40,141 nt of DNA. Origin: a virus. Lineage: Duplodnaviria; Caudoviricetes. The stretch covers positions 1-40,141 of IMG/VR virus record IMGVR_UViG_3300030392_000361. One strand, 5' to 3'. The translations under genes were made by a program, and so were the position numbers. This document shows positions 26,201-35,594 of the stretch, piece by piece; the first letter of the stretch is position 1, and each line of letters starts with the position of its first letter. Below the pieces are notes generated by a model. That model saw only the letters and a list, made by a program, of their open reading frames with translations, ran no database searches and had not been told where the DNA came from.

Positions 26201-28755
26201 ATCTGTATGCCAGTCTCTTTCAGCATGTGGATATGACAAGCAGGGCTGTTACTTCTGGATTTTCCACTCCAATGACCCACTTGTTTAAGAGTCTTAAGGA
26301 ACTGGGACATGATGGAAATATACAAGACCCAGATGCATGGATGAAAGTATTTCATCACTGGGATGCTTTATATAAAGGTATGCCATTATACATAGCTCGT
26401 ATGTGGAAAGCTGTGTTCAGTAAGGACTATAGATTAGAACTTGCTGATCTTAAAAATAATCATGATGATTGGTATAAAGGTGATCCTGTACTGGAAGGTA
26501 AGACACCAGAGTCAACATATAACTGGGCAAATTCATTTAGATATGGACTAGCATCACATGACCAAACTGTTTTTGGAACTATAGATGACCAGATAGAAAT
26601 GTATGACGATGTCATAACTGAGTTAGGGTGGAAGAAAAAAGTTCCTGTACATATGGGTAAATTTGTTAAAAAACTAGAAACAGAGTTTCAGGATGGATTA
26701 TTTCAAGGTATGTATCCTGCAGGGATAATGCATGATTTTAGATATAATACCCTGCCTTTGGTAAGAAGATTAAATCCTAATCTAAGTCCAGAGGCATCTA
26801 TGGGAATGGCAGCCAAGATGACCAATAAAGCTTGGTCATCTATTCCTAAGAGTCAGAGTACTATAAAGGGGTGGTTTAGAGGATTTCTAAGAAGAATACT
26901 TTTCTCATTAGCTGAACGTGAGGCTTTCCTAAGACAATCTACAGGAATGTTTCGTGGATCAGAAAAAACTTACTGGAGTGTTCGTAATGCATCCACTATG
27001 TTATGGATGGCATTAGTAGGAAACCTTATACATTTCGCTACAACAGGAGAGCACTTACCTGTTAAGAGATACATACCATTTATTTACTCTAGATGGTCAC
27101 CGTTAAGATACCAGTACAATCCACAATTATTTTCTCCTGATATTCCTATATCCACTAGGGCTGGTAATAATGCAACAGCGGATTTAATGAACCAGTTTGA
27201 TACTGTGTTTAGAGTTTTCGATGCTGGATATGGAATTCCAATTCTAGGTGGAATGATGCAAGGTTTGGGTACTACTCCAAGAGCTATATTAAACCAAATA
27301 ACTAGTACAAACTTTAGGGGTGAAGACATAGGTATGTGGGGATTTGGTCAAAGAGCTATACAACTTATGTATGACGTACTGGGACCAATAGGTTTAGAAC
27401 AGATAGGAAATGCCCTGATAGTTAAAAGTATAGGAGACAAGAATGTTCCTGCAATGAGTATAGGCAGCTTTCCTATAATTGCAGAGGGAGCAACTGTTGC
27501 TGATCTTATACCTACAGGAGAAAAGAAGTTATCTCTTACAGGTATTGCGATACAGGGCATTACTGGGGTAAACCTCAAGACTGAACCGGGTGATGTATTA
27601 AAAAACATGATGGTTACCAATACTCTTGGTCCTAAGATAGAAGGGAAACATCCTATATTTCCAGACATCATATATACAACATGGGACGAGGTGGAGAAAG
27701 ATAAGCAGTATGGTTTTGAGATGAAGAGGGTCATAGTAAATGACCCTAGGAATGCTCTACTTGTACAGGAAATGGAAACTAGAAGAGAAGAAGGAAGATA
27801 CTCATGGTATGAAGAAGGAGCAAAGGCTATTGCTGATATAAGAGACTCTAACCAGTTAAAGTATAGAGAGGAAATAGCCCTTATAGACGAACATGCAATG
27901 AAAACAACTGTGTTTGATCCAGATCATAAAATACAGTGGGACCCTCATAATTTTAGAAGTTCTCTTTCTGCAATTAACTCACGACATAGCAGTCGTGTTG
28001 ATGGAATTGAGGCTGTGTATAAGTTTGATCCTATTACCAAGATGGTACTGGACGAAATGGGAGAGATACCTGAAAGGTCAGAAGACCCACTGGGCTGGGC
28101 AATAGGAAGATTTTATGAACTCAAAGATGAGCACACCAATGAACTAGGTGAAACAGACTTTGATGCACTCGATGCTGCATGGGAGATAGAGACTAATGGC
28201 TGGGATGATGACATTAGAAAAGAGACTGGTGGACTTAAAGAAAGATTTGATATATACATGATGGGTATACCCGGCACACATTCTCATCATCATCCATTTG
28301 TTCAGGAATATCTGGATGAGATGAATGAATTAGATGCTGCTGGATACTGGCAGGATGGTCCAAAGAAAATACGTGATATGAATGGTAATCTTGTATATGA
28401 CACCACGGATGTATTTTTCCAGAAACTATCACTGATGGATCGAGTACATGGAGATGAACTTAACAGGTTAGGAGAAACATCATTCAGTATATGGAATCAG
28501 TACCTAGCTGCTAACAGTACAACAAGAAGAATCATGGAAAGCCATTCCAATTATGCTGCTACTAATATCATCAAGCTAATGAAAAAAACCAGAAGTGATC
28601 ATAGAATAGATGTATTGATGGAGAACCCTATGCTTGATAGGTATACCATCAAATGGTTTGGAAATACTCCTACTTTATGGCAACATAGGGAATACTTTAA
28701 ACAACTATATGGGCATTATCCATCTAGAATAAGAACATTATCTACTGCTAATTAG
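23287..28755 (+). CDS. Large (1822 aa) putative DNA-ejection/internal virion protein
   Basis: Largest ORF; C-terminal half has helical and hydrophobic segments (STMLWMALVGNLIHFA) like podovirus large ejection proteins. Confidence 0.6.
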   Translation: MADPSQVAAIWQRAVTRFPQLGIKWGTEVPTDPVQLEQALTDYRNFIDRPFLAAPETVPDPNYFTSEFLKEQVGTLGRFGKTMGRGFVEDFTHDNLIAQMIRRGTAAGKGDEFVDPRFEERFGKPDNADGTYSTRQIIEPVLSEGLSPFEVLEDVGSPFLGFLMSQPGFAEEGVKERVDIMKERAGEKPGQGWNPFPSISDIDMYSTAYREATDAGEIPWYKQVLSELPMEILGGKGIGYLANLKNIRKLPPGLAPTGNIPSPNIVDTPVAAMPESRVPYSPVQIEPDMQSAFRGTTAPEGVTGPLPAPISEGFTPMQRALSMEETPEGILRAIPQDEMSLMGEGQLRLGETVPWQQQPTAIEDFVQNLTPGTQLDLPLRSPMQGQRLPDITAEELLARQADEAKWEWQPGQPIGRQTTPSGKRRTWKIGDVTKAQQREVPQIFGPRIDVGVEVQNLLPSIDKVPPNVQPQIDRLIAYSQRGVDLTNPGYRRWTNQWLEEVAESIFGDRSQSSVSQVRDYVSSLPGQQELPFEDFGNMMMQLDTGGNVWLDWLDNFFIHNVDTDTYTPRPNRPLPVTQHRWKGVEEETDIANFIDETVGSYAGELDLHATSPWIRNFPLIAGKIFDTSRQIWKDYATPDELESLVGITGYVKPKKEDPLKTLSRLYEGNVTAHDNMMAEVIRKGSDELVEIGWFERKNNQLFVKPESIGTWDVPGPVRILFNALHSPGDPANWQELKRLGPDAVRQYWNLRALTNWEQSLRGEHKQIKLKDFDLNDIDQYFYRGVKPEGMDFKEFAQNINKLGRTKSISMHRINQSWLEMQQIGLRPLFWNPYEQAMYSSKLGYHGRLQTNFLEILLDESLNMAKFINRNDDRFNALKVEGWEEVTNAGPALKTSKFYSVPKHLANASGIDANKHFQEQQGVWLFPKNVANGLNDLFGRTSPWEQAMRDTRFTWLNHNFKIDDIIFIPKRIDLYASLFQHVDMTSRAVTSGFSTPMTHLFKSLKELGHDGNIQDPDAWMKVFHHWDALYKGMPLYIARMWKAVFSKDYRLELADLKNNHDDWYKGDPVLEGKTPESTYNWANSFRYGLASHDQTVFGTIDDQIEMYDDVITELGWKKKVPVHMGKFVKKLETEFQDGLFQGMYPAGIMHDFRYNTLPLVRRLNPNLSPEASMGMAAKMTNKAWSSIPKSQSTIKGWFRGFLRRILFSLAEREAFLRQSTGMFRGSEKTYWSVRNASTMLWMALVGNLIHFATTGEHLPVKRYIPFIYSRWSPLRYQYNPQLFSPDIPISTRAGNNATADLMNQFDTVFRVFDAGYGIPILGGMMQGLGTTPRAILNQITSTNFRGEDIGMWGFGQRAIQLMYDVLGPIGLEQIGNALIVKSIGDKNVPAMSIGSFPIIAEGATVADLIPTGEKKLSLTGIAIQGITGVNLKTEPGDVLKNMMVTNTLGPKIEGKHPIFPDIIYTTWDEVEKDKQYGFEMKRVIVNDPRNALLVQEMETRREEGRYSWYEEGAKAIADIRDSNQLKYREEIALIDEHAMKTTVFDPDHKIQWDPHNFRSSLSAINSRHSSRVDGIEAVYKFDPITKMVLDEMGEIPERSEDPLGWAIGRFYELKDEHTNELGETDFDALDAAWEIETNGWDDDIRKETGGLKERFDIYMMGIPGTHSHHHPFVQEYLDEMNELDAAGYWQDGPKKIRDMNGNLVYDTTDVFFQKLSLMDRVHGDELNRLGETSFSIWNQYLAANSTTRRIMESHSNYAATNIIKLMKKTRSDHRIDVLMENPMLDRYTIKWFGNTPTLWQHREYFKQLYGHYPSRIRTLSTAN

Positions 28756-28764
28756 GGAGGCACA

Positions 28765-29541
28765 ATGGTAAGTCAAAATCAAGAACCAGAAGGCGTACAG
28801 GCACCACTGATAGAAGTGGATACCGGGGGTGAAACGACTACACCTACCCCTGATAATTCATTAATATCAGAAATAGATAGGTTGAATAATGCACCAGATA
28901 TAGATATATCTGAGGTACCAGCCGAACCAGCAGCACCAGTGGAACCAGCAGCACCAGAGCAACCAGTAGCGGAGCAACCACCAGAAACTCCTGCTGTTCA
29001 ACCTCAACCAACATCTCCAGAAGATGTTCAAAGATTGCAGCAACAATCTGCTGAGTATGAGCAAGTCAGACAGAGGGCTGCCTTGCAACAACAGGAACAG
29101 CAACTCAAACAGAGACTGGTTGATCAGGGTGCATCAGAAGAGAATGCACAGGCTCAAGCTAGACAGTACGTTCAGAGTATGTCAGCACAGCAAGACCTCA
29201 TGAAAAAGGCTGATCAGTATGGTCAGCATCTACTGGCAGTACAGGCTGCTGCTGAACAATTTGCTGCTAAGTACAATCTTAATGTATCTGACTTAGTCAC
29301 ACTGAGACAGGCAGACACACCAGAAGTCATGGAGAACATGGCAAAGGAAATAGTTGAAAGAAGAACCTTGGAAGATGAACTGCAGAAATTAAGAAAAGCA
29401 CAGGTTCCAGCACAACAATACGATAACTCTCAGGGAGCACCTGAAGTTGCATCTAGTGACGCGAACTGGGTAGATCGTTATAATGCTGGTGACAGGTCAC
29501 CAAATGCGGTGGCTGCTGCGAAGAGACTATTGGGTATGTAA
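28765..29541 (+). CDS. Capsid scaffolding protein
   Basis: Acidic/Pro-rich N-terminus (EPAAP repeats), coiled coil, directly before the MCP. Confidence 0.75.
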   Translation: MVSQNQEPEGVQAPLIEVDTGGETTTPTPDNSLISEIDRLNNAPDIDISEVPAEPAAPVEPAAPEQPVAEQPPETPAVQPQPTSPEDVQRLQQQSAEYEQVRQRAALQQQEQQLKQRLVDQGASEENAQAQARQYVQSMSAQQDLMKKADQYGQHLLAVQAAAEQFAAKYNLNVSDLVTLRQADTPEVMENMAKEIVERRTLEDELQKLRKAQVPAQQYDNSQGAPEVASSDANWVDRYNAGDRSPNAVAAAKRLLGM

Positions 29542-29562
29542 GTAGTGCATAGGGGGTAACTT

Positions 29563-30432
29563 ATGGCACAGACAGCAACAACTGGGAATCTTGAAAATGC
29601 CCAGAGAATTATCCTTGCAGCAGCAAGGTATACAGAGGAGCATAACGCTCCTGCCATGGCTCTTATTGAGTCATTCGATCTGCCGAAAGGATCAAAACAG
29701 GTAACTGTTCCCAAGGTAGGACAGATGTCTATGAGTGATCTGACAGATGGTCAGGACATCGTAGATGAGGAAGATATTGGTATGACCACTGTTGACCTTA
29801 CGGCATCAGAGGTTGGAGCCAAGGTAATCCTCACAGACAAACTGGTACGACAGGCTGCTGACAATGTGATGAGCATTGTTGGGCGTCAGCTTGGTGACGG
29901 TATGGCACGAAAGAAAGATACAGATGTTCATGCTCTGTACTCTGGTCTTAATGGTGGTACCACTCTTGGTGCTGTCGCTAAACCAATGAGCCTTGCTAAC
30001 GTATCTGGTGCAATAGCCTATACAAAGGCTAATAAGTTTGGGTCGCAGGTATATATCCTGCAACATCCAAATGCAGTATTTGATATAGCTAATACTGCTG
30101 TTACCGCATCTTCTACGTACCCGGTACCTGCTGGTTGGTCTGAAGATTTGCTTGGTAACTTCTTCTCTGGTCTGCGACCTCTTAATGGAGTTCCGATCTT
30201 TGAAGATGGAAACCTTTCTATAGATAGCAGTGATGATGCAATCGGTGTGATAGCTGACAAGTCAGCACTTGCAGTACTCAAGTCAGTAGATACCAGAACA
30301 GAGAGACAAAGAGATGCGTCACTCAGGGCAACAGAACTTGTTATGACTGCTGACTATGGAGTATTTGAACTGGATGACAGTAGAGGAGCACCACTTACTT
30401 TTGATTGTACTGCTCCAGTATCGAATGCTTAA
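29563..30432 (+). CDS. Major capsid protein (HK97 fold)
   Basis: KQVTVPKVG, VILTDKLVRQ, GRQLGDGMARKKD and YGVFELDD segments; position after the scaffold. Confidence 0.9.
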   Translation: MAQTATTGNLENAQRIILAAARYTEEHNAPAMALIESFDLPKGSKQVTVPKVGQMSMSDLTDGQDIVDEEDIGMTTVDLTASEVGAKVILTDKLVRQAADNVMSIVGRQLGDGMARKKDTDVHALYSGLNGGTTLGAVAKPMSLANVSGAIAYTKANKFGSQVYILQHPNAVFDIANTAVTASSTYPVPAGWSEDLLGNFFSGLRPLNGVPIFEDGNLSIDSSDDAIGVIADKSALAVLKSVDTRTERQRDASLRATELVMTADYGVFELDDSRGAPLTFDCTAPVSNA

Positions 30433-30439
30433 TCTAGGT

Positions 30440-30453
30440 TTGGTGTACACCAA
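30440..30453. promoter_or_regulatory. Palindromic box TTGGTGTACACCAA (copy 8; 16-bp perfect palindrome 30439-30454)
   Basis: 7 bp past the MCP stop. Confidence 0.8.
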
Positions 30454-30466
30454 ATAGGGAGACTAG

Positions 30467-30883
30467 ATGGTTAATCTAAGTGAGAGACAAAGGATGAGAC
30501 AGGAGTTGGTGGGGCAAGGATTTTCTTGGGAGTATGTCGATGAGTGGCCACCCAAGACAACCTTGTTCCGTCACACTCCGGGTCTGGACATAGAAGGTAA
30601 TGAGGTTTTTCCTGTAGGTTCTGAGATAAAAGGAGTACCGGGAAACCCTGATTACGTATTAAGGAAGACTAGGCTGGGTATGTTTAATTACCCACCAAGT
30701 GACACCTGTGAATGCAGGTGGTGTATTGCACGTAAAGCTAAAGTTGAGATACCAGATGAACCAGCGGAAGAGGTTGCACAGGAATCTGTGCAATGTCAGG
30801 AATGTGGTGAACCTGTATATGCTCTGACTAAAGCAGGTGCAATATCTAGGTTGCGTGTTCATACGAAGACGCATCAAAGCTGA
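30467..30883 (+). CDS. Protein with C-terminal C2H2-like zinc finger
   Basis: CECRWC and CQEC..LRVHTKTH. Confidence 0.7.
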   Translation: MVNLSERQRMRQELVGQGFSWEYVDEWPPKTTLFRHTPGLDIEGNEVFPVGSEIKGVPGNPDYVLRKTRLGMFNYPPSDTCECRWCIARKAKVEIPDEPAEEVAQESVQCQECGEPVYALTKAGAISRLRVHTKTHQS

Positions 30884-30979
30884 GTAGCTGTAACGATTGA
30901 CCGTGGCTATTCAGAAAATAAATAACGGTTGGTCGCAGGGGGTAAACCCTGTAATAAGTAACCTTTAAGGAGGTTAGAT

Positions 30980-31729
30980 ATGTCATTTCCAGATTATGTA
31001 ACAGGATTAGCCGGGTGGGAAAAAGTAACTACTTCTGATAAGAGACATCCTCTTGGAACCAAGATGGTAATACGAGACAGAGCGTTTAGGTATGTAGAAG
31101 CTGCTGCAGTAGAAATTGGTGAAGGTCTTTTAGTTTCTCAGCAAGCTGCTGTAACTACACAGGACGATGACCTTGCTGTAGCCACTACCGCTGCTGCTGG
31201 TGCAACTAGTGTCTCTATAACCCTTGGTGGTAGTAACAACCTAGAAAAAAACGAGTATCAAGACGGATACATCTTTAACAACACTGCTGCTGGTACGGCA
31301 GCCTTGATGTATAGAGTTGCATCACATGCTTATTCTGCTCACAGCACTGCTGTAACTATTTATCTTGACGAGCCAGATGGACTTGTTAACGCATGGACGG
31401 CTGGTACAGATGTTGTAGGTCTTATAGCTAGTCCTTGGAAAGATATTGTTGTGGCTCCAACAACCGTAATAGGTATGACTGTTGGCCTGACTTCTAACAC
31501 TATCCCAGCGAGTTACTATGGCTGGGTTCAAACAACAGGACCAGCATTAGCAATGATAGACGCTGCTTCTACAACTGCAGTTGGTTCTGCATTGATGGCT
31601 GGTACAAACCATGCTGGTCAGATGGAACTATTAACGTATGAAGATGAAGCCTACCAAGCATTGGCTACATTAGGCAGTTTAGCTGCTGTAGATAATGAGT
31701 GGGCATTTGTATCACTGACTATAGAATAG
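30980..31729 (+). CDS. Capsid decoration/cement-like protein
   Basis: HPLGTK..FRYV and YYGWVQTTGP beta-clip-like pattern; strong AAGGAGG RBS. Confidence 0.65.
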   Translation: MSFPDYVTGLAGWEKVTTSDKRHPLGTKMVIRDRAFRYVEAAAVEIGEGLLVSQQAAVTTQDDDLAVATTAAAGATSVSITLGGSNNLEKNEYQDGYIFNNTAAGTAALMYRVASHAYSAHSTAVTIYLDEPDGLVNAWTAGTDVVGLIASPWKDIVVAPTTVIGMTVGLTSNTIPASYYGWVQTTGPALAMIDAASTTAVGSALMAGTNHAGQMELLTYEDEAYQALATLGSLAAVDNEWAFVSLTIE

Positions 31730-32106
31730 TGGTAGCTACTCCAGAAGAAACAGAACTCTGGACTCCACCGGGGGTAATCCACCAAAGGGTTACCACGGTG
31801 GGGCATAACTATGAGACTGGTGGTTTTATATATGAGTACCAGTTTCTAGTACATGATGAGGTTACTAACCGCAAGCACCAGTTCAAGGTACTTGTAGATG
31901 ACAGCACTTCCAAAGCCCACATTGAAGAGATGGTGGGCAATGCTTTTGAAAGCTGGTTAATTGATGTGAGGATGAGACACAGCAAACCAGCACCTACTCC
32001 CGAACAGCGTAAAGAGATAGGTAAGATACTGGAACAGATAAGAGTTAACAGGAATAAACGTAGGGGGAGTAGTAACAATAAAATCTATTACAATGGTCTG
32101 AAATAG
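31729..32106 (+). CDS. Hypothetical structural-region protein
   Basis: GTG 31729 overlaps the upstream TAG; preferred over 31699. Confidence 0.65.
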   Translation: MVATPEETELWTPPGVIHQRVTTVGHNYETGGFIYEYQFLVHDEVTNRKHQFKVLVDDSTSKAHIEEMVGNAFESWLIDVRMRHSKPAPTPEQRKEIGKILEQIRVNRNKRRGSSNNKIYYNGLK

Positions 32107-32115
32107 GGAGGCACT

Positions 32116-32280
32116 ATGACACAAGACATTGAGATTCAGATTACAGATGAGGATATTCGTAATGCTTTACAGCAGAAGATAAATCAGGTTACTAACCTAG
32201 AACTTAGAGTATCCGCACTGTCTAGAAGAATAGTAGAATTAGAGAGCCAATCGGAGGAGACAGACGATGCCGAAGGGTAA
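32116..32280 (+). CDS. 54-aa coiled-coil peptide (MTQDIEIQITDED...)
   Basis: GGGAGG RBS; below the ORF-track cutoff. Confidence 0.75.
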   Translation: MTQDIEIQITDEDIRNALQQKINQVTNLELRVSALSRRIVELESQSEETDDAEG

Positions 32281-32356
32281 AGGTACTTACGGAAGTCAAG
32301 TAGGCAGACCTCCAAAGAAGAAGAAGAAGAAGACGTATAAGCCAAGGAAAAAATGA
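32267..32356 (+). CDS. 29-aa basic AT-hook-like peptide MPKGKGTYGSQVGRPPKKKKKKTYKPRKK
   Basis: GGAGGAG RBS; GRP core flanked by Lys; resembles small basic peptides I recall from marine phages. Confidence 0.75.
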   Translation: MPKGKGTYGSQVGRPPKKKKKKTYKPRKK

Positions 32357-32367
32357 GGTGATAGCTA

Positions 32368-33648
32368 ATGGCTATAGTACAGGGGCGTACAAGAGCACAG
32401 CTACGTCAGTCAATTGGTTATAACCTCAATGCAATACGTACTGGCACTGCTTATGATGCCGGGTCTACAACCACACTAATATCACTGACACTCATTGGTG
32501 GTGATGATAACTACAATGGTAAGTGGCTTGTAGTTGCTGACGTTACTAACTCTAACAATACTGAAACCAGAATCATTAGTGACTACACGGCATCTGCTTA
32601 CAGGCTAACTCTACAACAGGCGTTGTCCTTTGCTACTGCTGCTGGTGATACCTATGAGATATGGGATCAGGAGTATAGACCAGAGGCTATTGAAGAGTTT
32701 ATTAACCAAGCCATCATGGATGCTACTGGAAACTTCTATGACCCAGTAGAGAACATCTCTCTTCATACAGATGGTAAGACCCAGAGGTTTGATATACCTT
32801 CTGGACTGTCCATGATTCAGAATATCTACTATCGTTCAAGTGTAGATTTCACCAGACTCCATTCATGTAATGCAGTGTTTGATGGTGCTGCTGTATCAAA
32901 CTTTACATCTGCAGTAGATACACAGGATAAAAAACAGGGTACTGGTTCAGTTAAATTTACATTGAATGATGTTGCTGGAGTTGCTGCAGGAGCCATTCTT
33001 ACAGCAGACATATCTTCTAAAAATATAAGTAAATATGATTACTTGGAATGCTGGATAAAATCTTCTATAGCTACATCTGCAGGTAACTTAAAAATATCAC
33101 TAGACAACACAGCAGATTGCGTTTCTCCTTTAGAAACTCTTAGTGTTCCTGCTTTAGCAGAAGACACATGGACATTCGTTAGAATGAAACTGTCTACTCC
33201 AGAATTGGATACAGCAATTATATCTATAGGGTTAGAACAAGATGCAGATATTGGTAGTGGTGCTGCATATTATGTGTGGCTTGATGATGTAAGTGTGGTT
33301 AAGAACGATACTGCACAGTGGGAAAAGATACCACGCAACCTATGGAAGGTAGATAAAGAGGCATCTGATATTATCTTGGATAACTATGCTCATGGTACTG
33401 CACGATACAGTCTTCTGAAGATAGTAGGTGGAGACAAACCTGCACTGCTTACAACAGAGACAGCAACGTCTGAAGTAGATGAGCAGTACATAATAGCTAG
33501 GGCTACGGCTCTGGCATTCGCAGCCACATCAGGTGGTCCAGCTACTGATCCTGACAACAAGAACAACATGGCAGGATTCTGGATGGGTATGTCCCAACAG
33601 GCAAGGAGATCGTTTCCATTACTCACTGATGTACGCATGGTGAACTAA
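32368..33648 (+). CDS. Head-tail adaptor with inserted carbohydrate-binding-like domain
   Basis: TRAQLRQSI..IEEFINQAI adaptor helices; central jelly-roll pattern YDYLECWIKS..WTFVRM..VWLDDV. Confidence 0.65.
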   Translation: MAIVQGRTRAQLRQSIGYNLNAIRTGTAYDAGSTTTLISLTLIGGDDNYNGKWLVVADVTNSNNTETRIISDYTASAYRLTLQQALSFATAAGDTYEIWDQEYRPEAIEEFINQAIMDATGNFYDPVENISLHTDGKTQRFDIPSGLSMIQNIYYRSSVDFTRLHSCNAVFDGAAVSNFTSAVDTQDKKQGTGSVKFTLNDVAGVAAGAILTADISSKNISKYDYLECWIKSSIATSAGNLKISLDNTADCVSPLETLSVPALAEDTWTFVRMKLSTPELDTAIISIGLEQDADIGSGAAYYVWLDDVSVVKNDTAQWEKIPRNLWKVDKEASDIILDNYAHGTARYSLLKIVGGDKPALLTTETATSEVDEQYIIARATALAFAATSGGPATDPDNKNNMAGFWMGMSQQARRSFPLLTDVRMVN

Positions 33649-35594
33649 TGGCAAGCAAAGTAGTAGAAGAGAATGAGATATTTCTTAACGGTGTTTACTA
33701 TCCATTAGTAAGGCCAGTACAAAGTTCTCTTGCCTCTATATACCCGGCTAAGATAGTCATAGGAGATACCACCAGAGACAGTAACCTGCGATCTTCTGTG
33801 ATCGCATGGTCTGACTGGCGTGGTGGAATTGGTGTAGAGAGGATGCAGGGAGCAGCAGACGTTGACCGTGCTTGGTACTCCACATGCAATCTAAGACACA
33901 GGCACCATATGGTATTACCTGCATTGTCTACTGCTACTACAAGCCAAGACCCATCTGATGTAGCTATCAATGGAGTCATAACATTTATACAGGACTTGGG
34001 AACAGTTCTATATGCAGGTTATGGTAATGATCCCTACTACTATTCTGAGGCTAATGATAGATGGACTAGGGTTACCAGTAGTAGTAGTGCATATTCTCTT
34101 CCCTCACCAGCTACTGATTCTATTACTATCCGTATGGGAGGAACTGATTATATTGTAGTTGCTCATACTGGAGGCTACAGTTATTTCTCTTCAGCTACTA
34201 CAGTAGCTGATAAGACTACAGATGCAACATTCCTTACCTACTGGGATGATAGATTGTGGGGTATAGATGCAAGTGGGCAACTCTGGTACATACTGACTAT
34301 TGATGGCACTCCAGTAAATGATGCCAAGTTACCAGTACAGGATAGCTATGTTAATGATCTATTTGTAGGAAGAGATGCTACAGGAGAACAGATCATATAT
34401 GCAGCTACCAAGACAGGACTCTATGCACATGATGCAGCAAATGCCAGATGGGTAGAGACACAGTTCCAGTTGCCTTATCACAACTTCAACGGTACTGGAT
34501 CAGCACGATGGCGTGACAGTATATATACCCCATCAGGTCTGGGTATATATAAGTATGTTAATGGAAATAACAATGCTGTTATCAGTGTTATGGGACCAGA
34601 TCGTGATGATGGTGTACCTGCTGTATACAGGGGTACAGTTAAGAAACTCGTTGGTACTCATACAGAACTAATAGCAGCGATAGATGCCACAACAGCACCG
34701 GGAGCACAGGCATCTACGGATATACCATGGCAGTATGGAGCAACGGCAGGTACGGTTGCTCATTCTTCTTCTGTTATTGCACCCAGTAGTGGGCAGTCTT
34801 CTATAGTAGGGTGGAATGAGGCAGGTTGGGAAACCAAGTGGACAGCACCATCTTCAAATGCTGGCAAACCACTTGATGTAATGCTTATATCCAATTCAGG
34901 TAAAGGTGATTATAGGTTGTGGTGGGGATATGATGGCAAGATATATCACCAGCTAATACCATTTGATGTAACTAATCCATCACAGCTTTCTGCTGTAGAT
35001 GGTACTGATTACGCATATGAAACCACTGGATTTCATGAGACTCCATGGTTTGATGCTCAACAAACTGAAGTAGAAAAGCTGGCATTGAAGTTAAAGATAG
35101 AACTTGATAACGCATCCAGTACTGAGACAGTAGTAGTACAGTATGCTCTTAACTACTCAGATAGTTATACATCTATGGGTACTATTACCAGTGATGGAGT
35201 AACTACATATACATTTGGATCAGGTGTCGGTACTACATTTAGGTCTATTAAGTTTAAGCTGACACTCTCCAGAGAATCAGGATCAACAATAGCAATCATG
35301 AAGAAGTCTCCTGATGTTGTGTCTTTAGCATTAGAGTACAGAAAAAAACTAGAGGCTAAGTGGGGACATACTGTTGAGGTAGATATCAACAGTGACTATA
35401 AAGGTAAAAGTCCTAAGGATTTAAGAGGATCACTAGTAACTGCTATAGAGTCTAATACTCTGGTTGAGTTTACATTTAGAGATGATAGTGGTGGTGATCG
35501 TAACTATTATGTGGATGTTACTTCTGCTTCTGGCATTGAATATACTGGATATGACGAGAGGGGAACTTCTCGCATCACACTGGTGGAACCATGA
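33648..35594 (+). CDS. Tail nozzle / tail tubular protein (beta-propeller)
   Basis: WSDWRGGIG start, repeated beta blades, C-terminal ETPWFD..KL..FRSIKFKL pattern. Confidence 0.7.
   Translation: MASKVVEENEIFLNGVYYPLVRPVQSSLASIYPAKIVIGDTTRDSNLRSSVIAWSDWRGGIGVERMQGAADVDRAWYSTCNLRHRHHMVLPALSTATTSQDPSDVAINGVITFIQDLGTVLYAGYGNDPYYYSEANDRWTRVTSSSSAYSLPSPATDSITIRMGGTDYIVVAHTGGYSYFSSATTVADKTTDATFLTYWDDRLWGIDASGQLWYILTIDGTPVNDAKLPVQDSYVNDLFVGRDATGEQIIYAATKTGLYAHDAANARWVETQFQLPYHNFNGTGSARWRDSIYTPSGLGIYKYVNGNNNAVISVMGPDRDDGVPAVYRGTVKKLVGTHTELIAAIDATTAPGAQASTDIPWQYGATAGTVAHSSSVIAPSSGQSSIVGWNEAGWETKWTAPSSNAGKPLDVMLISNSGKGDYRLWWGYDGKIYHQLIPFDVTNPSQLSAVDGTDYAYETTGFHETPWFDAQQTEVEKLALKLKIELDNASSTETVVVQYALNYSDSYTSMGTITSDGVTTYTFGSGVGTTFRSIKFKLTLSRESGSTIAIMKKSPDVVSLALEYRKKLEAKWGHTVEVDINSDYKGKSPKDLRGSLVTAIESNTLVEFTFRDDSGGDRNYYVDVTSASGIEYTGYDERGTSRITLVEP

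Noticed and set aside
23287-28755. Virion RNA polymerase (N4- or crAss-like)
   Set aside because: No DxDGD or T7-type polymerase motifs recognised, and consensus sigma70 promoters explain early transcription; a structure search is needed to exclude it fully
28923-28956. Short tandem repeat in the scaffold gene (EPAAP x2)
   Set aside because: Ordinary low-complexity linker typical of scaffolding proteins
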